Assembly (NCBI GenBank): GCA_041548245.1
Contig: JBFESZ010000001.1
Location: forward strand, 32,001-96,000
Reading direction: 5' to 3'
DNA from: Sulfurimonadaceae bacterium
GTDB lineage: Bacteria; Campylobacterota; Campylobacteria; Campylobacterales; Sulfurimonadaceae
Length of the DNA: 64,000 nt
Shown here: positions 32,426 through 42,482 of the stretch, in pieces
How positions within the stretch are numbered: position 1 is the first letter of the stretch
Layout: each line of letters opens with the position of its first letter
Translations under genes and position numbers: made by a program
The notes under the pieces: model-generated
Database searches by the model: none
The model's input: only the letters and a program-made list of their open reading frames with translations
Told to the model about the DNA's origin: nothing

Positions 32426-32824
32426 TTAAAGACTTTTTCGTTTTCCCGGTCTGTCTTCAAGTTTTGGCGGTGCTTTTCTCGTTTCACAGGCATCCTTGCA
32501 TGTCTGCATCCAGGAGATAGCAAGATTACTCTCAACCCCCTCTTCTTCAAGACTGTTAGCCAGCCAATACGCGGTATCATCACAGCTCAAATTATCGGCA
32601 TAGCGTTTTCGCACACATAATGATGCGAGCTCTTCCAATAATGCATTTTTATCTTTGGCTTCCATCTTGGCATAATGTTCTTCTGTATAGGAAATGTTTT
32701 TAAGTTCAAACTTCAGATCATTTTGATGCTCATACCAATACTGTATCTCTCCACCAAAGAAAAATACCACAATAAAAAAGAGCAGAACAATAGTCGTCAG
32801 CTTTCCAAAGTCTAAATTTCCCAT
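32426..32824 (-). CDS. Hypothetical single-TM protein with four cysteines
   Basis: GGGAGA RBS before ATG 32824; TM LTTIVLLFFIVVFFFGG. Confidence 0.65.
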   Translation of the reverse strand: MGNLDFGKLTTIVLLFFIVVFFFGGEIQYWYEHQNDLKFELKNISYTEEHYAKMEAKDKNALLEELASLCVRKRYADNLSCDDTAYWLANSLEEEGVESNLAISWMQTCKDACETRKAPPKLEDRPGKRKSL

Positions 32825-33028
32825 AAGTTTTCTCCCAAGATATTTTTCAAAAATCATATATATTAACGAAGTATAATATGAAAATACAAATAATAAAAGT
32901 TTTTTTTAATATTTTTCAAATTTAGTGGTACTATAACTGCATATATAGTTAGCTTTACCATGTAAGCAGTCAAAAAAAGGATGAAAAGAGAAGTTTTATA
33001 TTCAGAGAGTGTAAGAACGTAAAACGTC

Positions 33029-33340
33029 TTACTTCTCTTGTCCATTACCATAATGTTCAAAGAGGTATTCAGTGACGAGAACGGCATCTTCTTGTGTCAT
33101 TGGAGCTTTAAAGTGAACGATCATTTTATCCACTTTCTTTTTCCAGTACTCTTTAGATTGAGGTCCTTGGTTGATGACATAGCCAAAAGAGTGACATGTC
33201 AGACATTGGGCCAAGACAACATCAAAATGTTCTCCCATCTTTACTTCATATGGAATATACGGGACTTGAATATCTTCTTTTACTTCTGCCGCATTGATTG
33301 ACAGCACTGTTAGCATTGCTAATAACGTATGTTTCATCAT
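33029..33340 (-). CDS. sorB: Monoheme cytochrome c subunit of sulfite:cytochrome c oxidoreductase
   Basis: Sec signal, CLTCHS..Y..NQ, W...V.KM; coupled to sorA. Confidence 0.85.
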   Translation of the reverse strand: MMKHTLLAMLTVLSINAAEVKEDIQVPYIPYEVKMGEHFDVVLAQCLTCHSFGYVINQGPQSKEYWKKKVDKMIVHFKAPMTQEDAVLVTEYLFEHYGNGQEK

Positions 33341-34533
33341 TATATTACCTCTATTGTAACTTCGTCTACGCCGTTGTATTTATAACCGCCGTGATTCCAT
33401 CCGATATCTTTTGCCAACGGCTGCTCTTCACCAGCCTTGTTGATCGCTTTTGACATGATTTTTTGTTTCCCGTATTTGCTCGGTTTAAAACTGTAACGGA
33501 ACTCTCTAAACGAGTAGCGTCCATGAATGTCTTTTCCAAGAACAGCTTCTTCCCATGTCTTGCCTTCATCTGTAGATATCAATACTGAACGGATACCTTT
33601 ACCCTCGTCCCATGCAACACCACGTACCGTGATATGCGAGTTATTATGTACTTTTGTCTCATTTGTAGGATACCCTATCATAGACTTGACGTTCATTTTA
33701 TCAATCGGTTTTGTCTTTACATGCTCGCCAGGTTGTTCACATTCACAGTCATTGTCCGGAATACGATAAGCAACATCCATAAAGAAAAGTTTCTGATACG
33801 TTGTTGTCAAAGTTAAGTTTGATAGCATCTTAACCCATGAGTCAGAATAGTGTCCAGGGATGATCAGACGTGTTGGGAAACCATTAAGATAAGGCAGTTC
33901 TTCGCCATTCATCTCGTATGCAATGATAACATGGTCATCAAGATCAGCAATATGCATCTCGCGCACAAAGTTCGGTGTTTCGTAATATGCAGCATTGTCC
34001 ATTCCGTTAAAACCAATCCACTCTGCATCTTTTTTAATACCGGCACGATCAAGAACATCTCTTAAGCGTGCACCTTTCCATACAGCATTTCCAACAGCAC
34101 CATTACCCCACTGGATTCCGCCGGCAGTAGGTTTGAATGCAGATCGCCCGTTACCACCACACTGAAGGACAGCTGTTACTTCAACCGGTTCAAATTCGTT
34201 TTTCAGTTGTTCCAATGTAAATGAAAGTTCACGCTCAACTTCACCGTTAACCTTTAAACGAAACTCTTTTAGGTCTACATGTGTTGGAATTTCTGGCATA
34301 TGCCAACGAACAAAAAACTGATCGTTCGGTGTAATTGCCTGTGCGAAAACTTCTCTTGGCGATTCCAAAAGAGGTGGTCTGTCTGAATATGTTATAAGTG
34401 GTCTTTTCTGAGGAAAAGCAACATTTGATACCGCTCTATTATCCACCGGCTGATAAGCGGCTTCCAATGAACTTCCTATAGCTGCCACGCCGGCTACTGC
34501 TAATGATTTTTTGAAAAAATCGCGTCTTTGCAT
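33340..34533 (-). CDS. sorA: Periplasmic sulfite dehydrogenase molybdopterin subunit (sulfite oxidase family)
   Basis: Tat signal MQRRDFFK (start ATG 34533), RPPLLESP, FFVRWH, Mo-ligand LQCGGNGR, GFPTRL, WNHGGY. Confidence 0.88.
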   Translation of the reverse strand: MQRRDFFKKSLAVAGVAAIGSSLEAAYQPVDNRAVSNVAFPQKRPLITYSDRPPLLESPREVFAQAITPNDQFFVRWHMPEIPTHVDLKEFRLKVNGEVERELSFTLEQLKNEFEPVEVTAVLQCGGNGRSAFKPTAGGIQWGNGAVGNAVWKGARLRDVLDRAGIKKDAEWIGFNGMDNAAYYETPNFVREMHIADLDDHVIIAYEMNGEELPYLNGFPTRLIIPGHYSDSWVKMLSNLTLTTTYQKLFFMDVAYRIPDNDCECEQPGEHVKTKPIDKMNVKSMIGYPTNETKVHNNSHITVRGVAWDEGKGIRSVLISTDEGKTWEEAVLGKDIHGRYSFREFRYSFKPSKYGKQKIMSKAINKAGEEQPLAKDIGWNHGGYKYNGVDEVTIEVI

Positions 34534-34565
34534 GATCTCTCCCTTTGCACGTTTTAAAGTGTGAA

Positions 34566-34615
34566 ATAATACCATATTTGTCATCTTCAAAAAAATTAAA
34601 TTAAGATGATATAAT
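34566..34615. promoter_or_regulatory. Divergent sorA/lysR promoters with an inverted repeat
   Basis: Minus-strand TGgTATTAT (34574-34566), plus-strand TGaTATAAT (34607-34615), TCATCTT-N15-AAGATGA at 34581-34609. Confidence 0.55.
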
Positions 34616-34642
34616 ATTCAAAAAAAGTTATTCTAAGGAAAT

Positions 34643-35533
34643 ATGATGTTCTCTTTACGTCAGATTGAACTTTTTATTGCCGTATCCCAGTCACGAACAC
34701 TCATCGAAGTCGCCAACCAATATAAGATGAGTCAATCAGCAATCTCAATGGCACTCAAAGAGCTAGAAGGCCATTTAGATGAAAAACTTTTCGAACGTGT
34801 TGGAAAAAAGTTGGTCCTTAATGAACGTGGACGCCTCTTTTTAAAAGAGGTCCAGCCTCTTTTCCTTGAATTAAAAGGCCTCTATCAGAAGTTTACACAG
34901 AACCATTTTAACGGCGAAATAAACATCGGAGCCAGTTTGACGACAGCACATTACATCATGCCGCAACTGATGACAAGCTATATGAAAAAACGACCGGAAG
35001 TCTCGATCAACTTGAAAATGGCCAATACCGAAGAGATTGTCAGCTTAGTTGAAAACGGCGATATCGACCTTGGATTCATTGAGGGAAGCATTCAATCCTC
35101 TTCGGTCACACAGCAGATTGTCGCACCCGATGAGCTGATTGTCGTTAGTTCCAATAAAGATCTGGAGCATGAACACTATATCGACAGTTTATCTCGTGAA
35201 AAATGGGTGTTAAGGGAAAAGGGCTCAGGAACACGTTCTGTCTTTTTAAACCAGATCAAACCTGTGGATAAGGAGTTGAATATCGTTTTGGAGCTTGAAC
35301 AGACGGAGACCATTAAAAACTTTCTGTTGTTAGACCCAAGCTATATCAGTTGCCTTCCGCGAATCTCAGTACTGCAAGAACTTGAAGAGAAAAAACTCTT
35401 TCATATACCGATTAAAAACCATCACTTTATGCGTGACTTCTCTTTAATATTCAATAAAAAGCGGACCCCAACCCTGTTGATGGAAGACTTTCAGGAGCAT
35501 ATATCAGCGTTTATGAAAGGGATCCAGACATAA
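34643..35533 (+). CDS. LysR-type regulator, YeiE/CysL-like
   Basis: N-terminal HTH (SQSAIS..LKELE..LFERVGK), DLGFIEG, WVLREKGSGTR. Confidence 0.88.
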   Translation: MMFSLRQIELFIAVSQSRTLIEVANQYKMSQSAISMALKELEGHLDEKLFERVGKKLVLNERGRLFLKEVQPLFLELKGLYQKFTQNHFNGEINIGASLTTAHYIMPQLMTSYMKKRPEVSINLKMANTEEIVSLVENGDIDLGFIEGSIQSSSVTQQIVAPDELIVVSSNKDLEHEHYIDSLSREKWVLREKGSGTRSVFLNQIKPVDKELNIVLELEQTETIKNFLLLDPSYISCLPRISVLQELEEKKLFHIPIKNHHFMRDFSLIFNKKRTPTLLMEDFQEHISAFMKGIQT

Positions 35534-35535
35534 GC

Positions 35536-35772
35536 TTACAGTTTTCCCTGCTTGACCTGGGCCAAGATGACTGCCAATGTCACACCGTCATTTTCAGTAC
35601 CATCTTCTATACAAGCTTCACATTTATTGCCTGCTGCAAGTTCATCAGACTCTATCCACTCCTGCACTGTTGTAATACCACTTGACTTTATAAACTCTAC
35701 CGCTTCACCGATTGTAATATGATTGCATGAGCATAGAACCTTATCTTTTCTAAACAGATGCGAATATGGCAT
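35536..35772 (-). CDS. BFD-like [2Fe-2S]-binding protein
   Basis: CSCNH...AGNKCEAC pattern; AAAGGA RBS before ATG 35772. Confidence 0.7.
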   Translation of the reverse strand: MPYSHLFRKDKVLCSCNHITIGEAVEFIKSSGITTVQEWIESDELAAGNKCEACIEDGTENDGVTLAVILAQVKQGKL

Positions 35773-35843
35773 AGACATTCCTTTTTTTCGCAATTATAAC
35801 AAGTTTGCTATAATGCGCTAAAAATAATATTAAAGATATATAT

Positions 35844-36674
35844 ATGACAGTTGCAATTATCGGACTTGGACTTATGGGTGGTTCTTTAGCCCTGGCTATT
35901 AAAACACTACCTATGATCACTAATATTGTAGGATTTGACCATAATAAGGAACATGAAAAGGAAGCTTTAAAACTTCGCCTTGTGGACAGCATTGTCTCAT
36001 TTGAAGAGGTCAAACAAGCAGATATCATCATATTGGCGATCCCTGTGGATGGTATTATCGCCTGCCTTAAAGATTTGCAAGGAGTTCCGGCCGAAACAAC
36101 AATCATTGACCTTGGTTCAACTAAGGAAAAGATAGTCCAGTCTATTCCTTCTTCTCTCAGAAAGAATGTTGTCGCCGCCCACCCTATGACAGGGACAGAG
36201 AAGTTTGGCCCAAGCGCTGCCTTGGAAGATCTGTACAGGGACAAAGTCGTTGTCTTATGTAACATGGAAGCTTCTGGAGAGCATCAACAAGAAACAGCCG
36301 TTCGACTCTTTTCACAAATTCATATGAAACTTGTCTATATGAAAGCTCATGAGCATGACCTTCATGTTGCCTTCATCTCGCATATGCCGCACCTTATCTC
36401 CTACTCTTTGGCTAATGCCGTTCTTAAGCATGAAGAGCATGAGAATATTTTAAACCTTGCAGCTGGAGGATTTCGTTCAATGAGCCGTTTGGCAAAATCT
36501 TCACCCAATATGTGGGGCGATATCTTCCGCCAGAACAAAACCCATCTTTTAGACTCCCTTAGCTATTTTGAGCAAGAACTGGCACAGATGAAAAAACTGG
36601 TTCAAAATGAAGAGTGGGATAAACTAGATACCAAGATGAAAGATGCCAATACTTTGCACGATATCTTAAAGTAA
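35844..36674 (+). CDS. tyrA: Prephenate dehydrogenase
   Basis: GLGLMGGS, DLGSTK, HPMTGTE, HD...SHMPH. Confidence 0.94.
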   Translation: MTVAIIGLGLMGGSLALAIKTLPMITNIVGFDHNKEHEKEALKLRLVDSIVSFEEVKQADIIILAIPVDGIIACLKDLQGVPAETTIIDLGSTKEKIVQSIPSSLRKNVVAAHPMTGTEKFGPSAALEDLYRDKVVVLCNMEASGEHQQETAVRLFSQIHMKLVYMKAHEHDLHVAFISHMPHLISYSLANAVLKHEEHENILNLAAGGFRSMSRLAKSSPNMWGDIFRQNKTHLLDSLSYFEQELAQMKKLVQNEEWDKLDTKMKDANTLHDILK

Positions 36675-36679
36675 CCGGC

Positions 36680-36967
36680 CTAGCCTGAATATGCACCTGT
36701 AGCTTGAGCCTTCGCATTAAGTGCCGTAAACTCACTCAATGAACTGCTAAGCCCTTTATCTGTTGAACTTGCAGCGACATTGACAGATGCACCGCTTGAT
36801 AGCTGTGCTTTATAGTTTTGAGCATCTCTTTTGCTTTGATTTGTAGCATCAGCTATCGAGTTTACAGCTTCAGTTGTCTTCTCTTCTGCCTGAGCTAGGG
36901 GATCAGGCCTTCCTAGCTGTACAGGAGATGGATAAGGGGATTGAAATACATAAGATTCTACTTTCAT
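36680..36967 (-). CDS. Hypothetical Ala/Ser-rich protein
   Basis: Strong AGGAGGAG RBS; 95-aa ORF. Confidence 0.7.
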   Translation of the reverse strand: MKVESYVFQSPYPSPVQLGRPDPLAQAEEKTTEAVNSIADATNQSKRDAQNYKAQLSSGASVNVAASSTDKGLSSSLSEFTALNAKAQATGAYSG

Positions 36968-37043
36968 ACTCTCCTCCTGATTATGACTATCATAACAAAC
37001 ATAAAAAAAGAGTTTGCTTTTGTTTTGATATTAAATAAAAATT

Positions 37044-38498
37044 TTACTCCTGCACCCTTTTGACCATCTCTTGCAGTTTTTTCTTGTCAACAGGATGACT
37101 GGCGCCCTCGTAGATATTCTCAGAAAGCTTTTTAACCATCTCTTCTACATCACCATCATTGCCCATATGACTCATCAACAGCTGTAGGACATCTTTTGAC
37201 TCTTTAACGGATACACTCTTTTTCTTCTCTTTCTTTAGCAGAGTTTTCCATGGAATCATAGAAAAAACAACCCCTAGTACCATACCGCTTACAAACAGGA
37301 GTATACCTTCTATATATGTCAATGAACTCTGCTCATCATCCTGTACGGTGTCAACTCTCTCTTCAGCCCGTGCTATCTTGAGCTCTTCTTTCATTGAAGA
37401 CGACGGATTAAGGACTTTAATACTTATAGGCTCTGTCTTGATCGTCTTGACAGTATCCGTCTTTACATCCATATACTTAAGCTCAAAAGAGGGGATAATA
37501 AAATCATTTTCAGCCACAAGTGCCAACTTTTGGACAAAAGAACCGAAATATTTCCCCTCTTGAAGATAATGTGACGCCGTTGGATCTTCTTTAAAGACTT
37601 GTGCTCCATCAATGTGTATATCAAAAGCCTCTATGTCTTCAATATTGGCTTTTCCTTCAACTTTAAGCGTAACATTGACCGCTTCACCCGCATTGACCTC
37701 TCTTTGATTGACACTGATGTCGATATCCATCTCGCCCACAAGTGTAATCGCTTCAGGAAGCGCTTTGACCTCTATATCAAGTTCATTGGAAAAGACTGTT
37801 CTTGTCTTTGTCGTTGCCAGCCATGTACCCCAGTAGTCTTTTGATTGACTTCGCACTTTTACATCCCAGCGCAAGGGTCCTAACGAGAGTTTTCCACTCT
37901 GCTGTGCAGCCATAGCATACTGGTTCTTTCGTATGGCATACTCATCTTGTACAAAAGGTTTTCCTTTCTCTTCACTTTTTACCCAGATGTTTTTGTTCTC
38001 CGGCAAAGAGATCGATTCAGCCAATGCCTCGATATTACGACGTACTTTAAAATCCACTTTCACCTCAAACGGTTCACCGACATAAACAGATTGTTTATCG
38101 GTCGCAAGCTTCACGATAAAAGGATCATTCTTTGAAATCGCCATCTTCGAAACAGTAATGTTGATCGGATTGGTCATCTCCTCTTTGCCATTGACGATAA
38201 CAGGAAACGGTTCAATCACACAAGATTGTTCCGGCATAAACTCATACATCACCGAGTGTTCTTGAACACGTTTTCCATTGCTGAAAACCTCTTTACGGCT
38301 TTGCATCCTTCCTTCAATGCTGTAACCGCAAAGCTCATTCAACGGAGGGACTTCGATCTCACCTGCTCCCGAAATATGTAACGTCAGTGTAATACGTTCG
38401 CCTCTGGTTATCTGCTCTTTATCTACACTTACTCTGACCTCAGCCCATAAGGGAAGGCTGATTAAAAAAAACAGAATCATCTTACCAAGGTTTTTCAT
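37044..38498 (-). CDS. BatD family protein (set 1)
   Basis: Signal peptide, Ig-like BatD repeats, C-terminal TM; last gene of the MoxR operon. Start moved to ATG 38498. Confidence 0.8.
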   Translation of the reverse strand: MKNLGKMILFFLISLPLWAEVRVSVDKEQITRGERITLTLHISGAGEIEVPPLNELCGYSIEGRMQSRKEVFSNGKRVQEHSVMYEFMPEQSCVIEPFPVIVNGKEEMTNPINITVSKMAISKNDPFIVKLATDKQSVYVGEPFEVKVDFKVRRNIEALAESISLPENKNIWVKSEEKGKPFVQDEYAIRKNQYAMAAQQSGKLSLGPLRWDVKVRSQSKDYWGTWLATTKTRTVFSNELDIEVKALPEAITLVGEMDIDISVNQREVNAGEAVNVTLKVEGKANIEDIEAFDIHIDGAQVFKEDPTASHYLQEGKYFGSFVQKLALVAENDFIIPSFELKYMDVKTDTVKTIKTEPISIKVLNPSSSMKEELKIARAEERVDTVQDDEQSSLTYIEGILLFVSGMVLGVVFSMIPWKTLLKKEKKKSVSVKESKDVLQLLMSHMGNDGDVEEMVKKLSENIYEGASHPVDKKKLQEMVKRVQE

Positions 38499-40347
38499 TT
38501 GTATCCTCTTCATGCTCACTCTCTTGTATTTTATACAGATGACCTTTTTGAGACTCCTGGATCATCTTGAACCATTTCTTTGCTTCAAGTTCACTCATTT
38601 TCTTCATATTGACCGGAACAGCTGTTCCGGCTTCCTGCTCGGACTCTGTCCCCTCTTCACCCTTGTTCTCTTGTGACTTCTGTTCCTGCTCTTCTTGATG
38701 TTGATTTTTTACTTTATCTTGAACATCCTGCGCTTTGTCACTGCTCTTATTTTCTTCATCTTGATCAGGTTTTTGTTGTTTATCTTGCTTGGAAGTACTT
38801 CTATTCTCTTCTGTATTATCCGTTCTCTGCTTATCTTTCTCTTTTGCTGAGCTCTTCTTCTGAGAACTTTTCTCTCCATTCGAATCATCCTTCTGTGAAG
38901 CCTCTTTACTTTGATCAGACTTGTTGTCTTGATCTTTTGTATCTTTGTTATCTCTATTCTCTTGCTGCTCCTGCTCTTGTTCCAAGAGTTTTTTTACAGC
39001 CTCATAGTTCTCTCTTGTCTCTTTGTCTTCATGAAGTTCAAGTGCTTTTTCAAATGCTTGCAAAGCTTCTTTGTACTGCTTGAGTTTCACCAGTGTGTTG
39101 CCTCTGTTATGCAAGACCTTTGCCTGGAACTCTGGCTTGTTTGATTGGATCTTATTATATACCTGGAGAGCTTTTTCATACTCATTCGATTTATAAAGGC
39201 TGTTGGCAAGATTATAGTTTGCTTCAGAAGATTGTTCTGAAAATCTCTCATAGATAGAAGCACTTGTATTGTACTCTTTCTGTTCATAAGCCTCTTTTGC
39301 ACTCCTTAGGTCTTTGAAGTCCAAAAGCCCTGCTTTGGCATCATCACCCCCTATGAAAACCAATCCTGCGATCAGAATCGTTTTGATCGTTCTTTGAGGT
39401 AATGATGAAAAAGCCAATAGAACAAAAAGTGTTGCCAGAGCCAAAGGGTAATAAAAGAGCTGTGTGTATTGAGGGATGGTCTCTTTTTTGAGCGTCGCTT
39501 TTTCTGTGATCGACTCGATCTCTTTTAGCATCGTGTTGATATCACCATCTCCCAATACAGATTCAATATAGACTCCGCCTGTCTGCGTGGCCAGAGTCTT
39601 GATCTGAGGGTTTAATTTGGAGATTAAGATATTTCCATTTTGTTTGACAAACCCGCCTTCACTGTTTCGTACAGGGCTTCCCTTTGGAGACCCTATACCG
39701 ATAATAAAGACTCTTAGGCCATTCTCTTTAGCCAACGCTATCTCTTTTTCAAACCCTGCACTGTCACCTCCGTCGGTAAAAAGCAGAAGGTTCTTCTGCG
39801 CGGCATGTTCAAGCATACTGATAGCTGAAGCTAACATCGAATCAAGATGCGTTCCCTTTTCTGTGATATTGCCTGTACTCACCTTGGAGAGTAAAAAGGC
39901 CACTGAGCTATGATCAAAACTCAAAGGAGAGACGATATAGTCATGCTTGGCAAAGGCGAGTACACCGATGCGATTATGCGGAGCTTTTTTAATCAGCTCT
40001 ATCGCTTTATTTTTAGCGAATTCAAGACGGTTGGGATACCTATCTTCCGCCTTCATCGAATCAGATATGTCAATACCAATCAAGATATCTGCACTTTTGG
40101 CTTCGACAACGACCTCTCCCTCCTTTATGACAGGCTGAGCCAGTGCGATGATCATAAACACAAAGGCAGTCAAATAGAGTGTATTTCTTGATGTTCTGCT
40201 TAGACTTTTACTCTCAGAGCGAAGTTTTTCTAGAACATCCGTCTCGAACATCGACCAGTTCTTTTTAGCACCCGTCATTATAAAATAAAAGAGTATCAAG
40301 GTCAGTGGCAGCAACAAATAGATGAATAGTGGATATAAAAAGCTCAT
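38482..40347 (-). CDS. VWA + TPR protein (BatB/BatC-like fusion, set 1)
   Basis: MIDAS DISDS, TDG, TPRs (YNLAN, HNRGN), Q/E/K/D-rich linker, C-terminal KPW. Confidence 0.85.
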   Translation of the reverse strand: MSFLYPLFIYLLLPLTLILFYFIMTGAKKNWSMFETDVLEKLRSESKSLSRTSRNTLYLTAFVFMIIALAQPVIKEGEVVVEAKSADILIGIDISDSMKAEDRYPNRLEFAKNKAIELIKKAPHNRIGVLAFAKHDYIVSPLSFDHSSVAFLLSKVSTGNITEKGTHLDSMLASAISMLEHAAQKNLLLFTDGGDSAGFEKEIALAKENGLRVFIIGIGSPKGSPVRNSEGGFVKQNGNILISKLNPQIKTLATQTGGVYIESVLGDGDINTMLKEIESITEKATLKKETIPQYTQLFYYPLALATLFVLLAFSSLPQRTIKTILIAGLVFIGGDDAKAGLLDFKDLRSAKEAYEQKEYNTSASIYERFSEQSSEANYNLANSLYKSNEYEKALQVYNKIQSNKPEFQAKVLHNRGNTLVKLKQYKEALQAFEKALELHEDKETRENYEAVKKLLEQEQEQQENRDNKDTKDQDNKSDQSKEASQKDDSNGEKSSQKKSSAKEKDKQRTDNTEENRSTSKQDKQQKPDQDEENKSSDKAQDVQDKVKNQHQEEQEQKSQENKGEEGTESEQEAGTAVPVNMKKMSELEAKKWFKMIQESQKGHLYKIQESEHEEDTNEKPW

Positions 40348-41255
40348 CCCCATCCCTTTTTTGAACGAATTACGAGGTATAAAAGAAGACTCATCAAAGA
40401 GACAAAAAGGAAATAGAGGTAATAATACGTTTTATGCAGATACTTTTCACCTTTTAACTCCGACTTTTCCAAGCGGTTAATTTCTTCATATACCCCTTCA
40501 AGCTGCTGTGCCGAATAGGCGTAAAAATACCTACCACCCGTCTCCTCAGCAATAGCCGCAAGTGTTCCTTCTGAAAACTCTCCCGGACGACCGATTCCGA
40601 TAGTATATATCTTTACACCTTCTCTTTGTGCCAATGCAATAGCCGCGTCATAAGGGATATTGCCTGCTGTATTTTGCCCGTCAGTCAAGAGAATTGCTAT
40701 TTTACTTTTGGCCTCATTTTCCTGCATCAATGTCAATGACTGTGCAATTGCATCGTAGATAGCGGTATTCTTCCCTGCTACTCCAATATAGAGCTGGCGA
40801 AGCAGTTTTGAAAGAATATGTTTATCATAGGTAATAGGGGAAGCAACAAAGGCGTAAGAACCAAAGACGATCATGCCCAGATTATCGTTGGTCCGTTTTT
40901 GAATAAAATCATCTACGATATCCTGGACCACATTAAAGCGATTCTTTTGCAGGTTGTTTTCATCAAATCCCTGAATACGCATGGATTGGCTTGCATCAAG
41001 CAGTAAAACAATATCGTGCCCCTCTCGCGGGTCCAGTTCGATCTCTCTTTCACTGTAAGGCGATGCCAACGCGACAAGCAGTGTCACTATGCCAAGCCAT
41101 TTTAAAAAGAACAGCAGATACGATGGCGTCATTGAAGAAGACCCCAATAATTCCATATGCGGGAAAAGAAGCGTCTCGTGACGTTGTTTACAATAGTAGG
41201 AACAAAGGATAAAGAGGAAGAGTAGAGCTAACAGATACGGAAACTCAAGATGCAT
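40344..41255 (-). CDS. VWA domain protein (BatA-like, set 1)
   Basis: DASQS MIDAS, TAIYDAI, LLTDG, KIYTIG. Confidence 0.88.
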   Translation of the reverse strand: MHLEFPYLLALLFLFILCSYYCKQRHETLLFPHMELLGSSSMTPSYLLFFLKWLGIVTLLVALASPYSEREIELDPREGHDIVLLLDASQSMRIQGFDENNLQKNRFNVVQDIVDDFIQKRTNDNLGMIVFGSYAFVASPITYDKHILSKLLRQLYIGVAGKNTAIYDAIAQSLTLMQENEAKSKIAILLTDGQNTAGNIPYDAAIALAQREGVKIYTIGIGRPGEFSEGTLAAIAEETGGRYFYAYSAQQLEGVYEEINRLEKSELKGEKYLHKTYYYLYFLFVSLMSLLLYLVIRSKKGWG

Positions 41256-41640
41256 CCAGAACCTCTAAGAATAGTCTGTAATATCCCAATGTCTCATCAT
41301 CCAAAGGATTCACATCCTTTTTATATTTGTATTGGTTTAAACGGCTATCAAGATTCTCAAGCATATCCACGGCTCTCTCATCTTCAGCCAAAAGCCTTCC
41401 GTAATAACTGATTTCGTACGCTGCTTCTTTTGCGTTCGACATGTCAATATTACGAAGCTTCTCAAGGTAGCTTTTGCGCAGGTTCTCACCTTTACTCCGT
41501 TGATATACTCTGAATATCCACAGTCCTAGTAGCGTAAGGATTAAAAGAAGGACCATACCTAAAGCTATCAGAAAATAGAGTGAGTAATCCGGGACTTCCA
41601 CCAGAGGTTTGATATCATGCAAAGGGATGTCTTTCATCAT
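41245..41640 (-). CDS. DUF4381-like membrane protein of MoxR/Bat operons
   Basis: LHDIKP followed by a TM; position between DUF58 and BatA. Confidence 0.75.
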   Translation of the reverse strand: MMKDIPLHDIKPLVEVPDYSLYFLIALGMVLLLILTLLGLWIFRVYQRSKGENLRKSYLEKLRNIDMSNAKEAAYEISYYGRLLAEDERAVDMLENLDSRLNQYKYKKDVNPLDDETLGYYRLFLEVLDAS

Positions 41641-42470
41641 ACGTTTCCTTCAAACAGCCGTCTTAACTTGACAATGGGAGCTTCATCCGTATATATCTTT
41701 ACAAAACGGACTTGATCCTTTCGCAGTCTTTCATATAGCCTATGATCATGCTCTGCGACCTTCGCCTCATAAGCCTTCATCGTAGAACCGTTGAAATCAC
41801 CTTCAAGCTCTGCTCCGCTTTCAGGATCCTGCAGTGTAGAGAAGCCAAATGCAGGAGGATGCTCTTCCAAGCGGTCACGCACAATGATGGCAATGACTTC
41901 ATGTTTACGAGCAAGTACCTTAAAGTCGGGAAGGTCAAAATAGTCTGCAATGACAATAATCAGTGATTTTCGTTTCAGACGCTTCATCAGATACGCTGTC
42001 ATCTGCTTATAGTCTGCTTTTTTATGCAATGCGTCAAAATTCAAAATATCATTGACCAGGCTCTGTACGGCATGGATCTTCTTGGTAGGACGGTTTTCCT
42101 GGTAGAATGTATCAGCAAAGAGATAGGAGCTGAACAAATCACCGTTTCCGATCGCTGAAAACGAGAGCATAGCCGTGATCTCGGCAATAAGTTCCTGCTT
42201 GAACTTCTTTGAGCCAAAGTGCACTGAACCATTGAGCATGGCTGCCAATACAATATTGAGCTCACGTTCTTCTTTGAATACCTTGATATAGGGCTGCTGT
42301 TTCTTAGCCGTAATGTTCCAGTCTATATGTCGGATATCGTCTCCGGGCATATATTCCCGCAACTCTATAAAATCATAACCTTCTCCCTGAAAGATAGAAG
42401 GGTTGTTGCCAATAAGTTCAGAGAAGACCTGACGGCGGGCTCGAACCAATATCTTTTTCAGTTTTGACAT
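41637..42470 (-). CDS. DUF58 family protein
   Basis: G.DF.ELREY.PGDDIRHIDW..TA...F.EERE. Confidence 0.9.
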   Translation of the reverse strand: MSKLKKILVRARRQVFSELIGNNPSIFQGEGYDFIELREYMPGDDIRHIDWNITAKKQQPYIKVFKEERELNIVLAAMLNGSVHFGSKKFKQELIAEITAMLSFSAIGNGDLFSSYLFADTFYQENRPTKKIHAVQSLVNDILNFDALHKKADYKQMTAYLMKRLKRKSLIIVIADYFDLPDFKVLARKHEVIAIIVRDRLEEHPPAFGFSTLQDPESGAELEGDFNGSTMKAYEAKVAEHDHRLYERLRKDQVRFVKIYTDEAPIVKLRRLFEGNV

Positions 42471-42482
42471 AGGCTACTTTTC

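Noticed and set aside
32863-33087. 74-aa ORF downstream of sorB
   Set aside because: Very AT-rich, overlaps sorB, no RBS; probably intergenic.
38640-38990. Low-complexity repeat-like DNA
   Set aside because: Encodes the ordinary Q/E/K/D-rich linker of BatB/C-type proteins.
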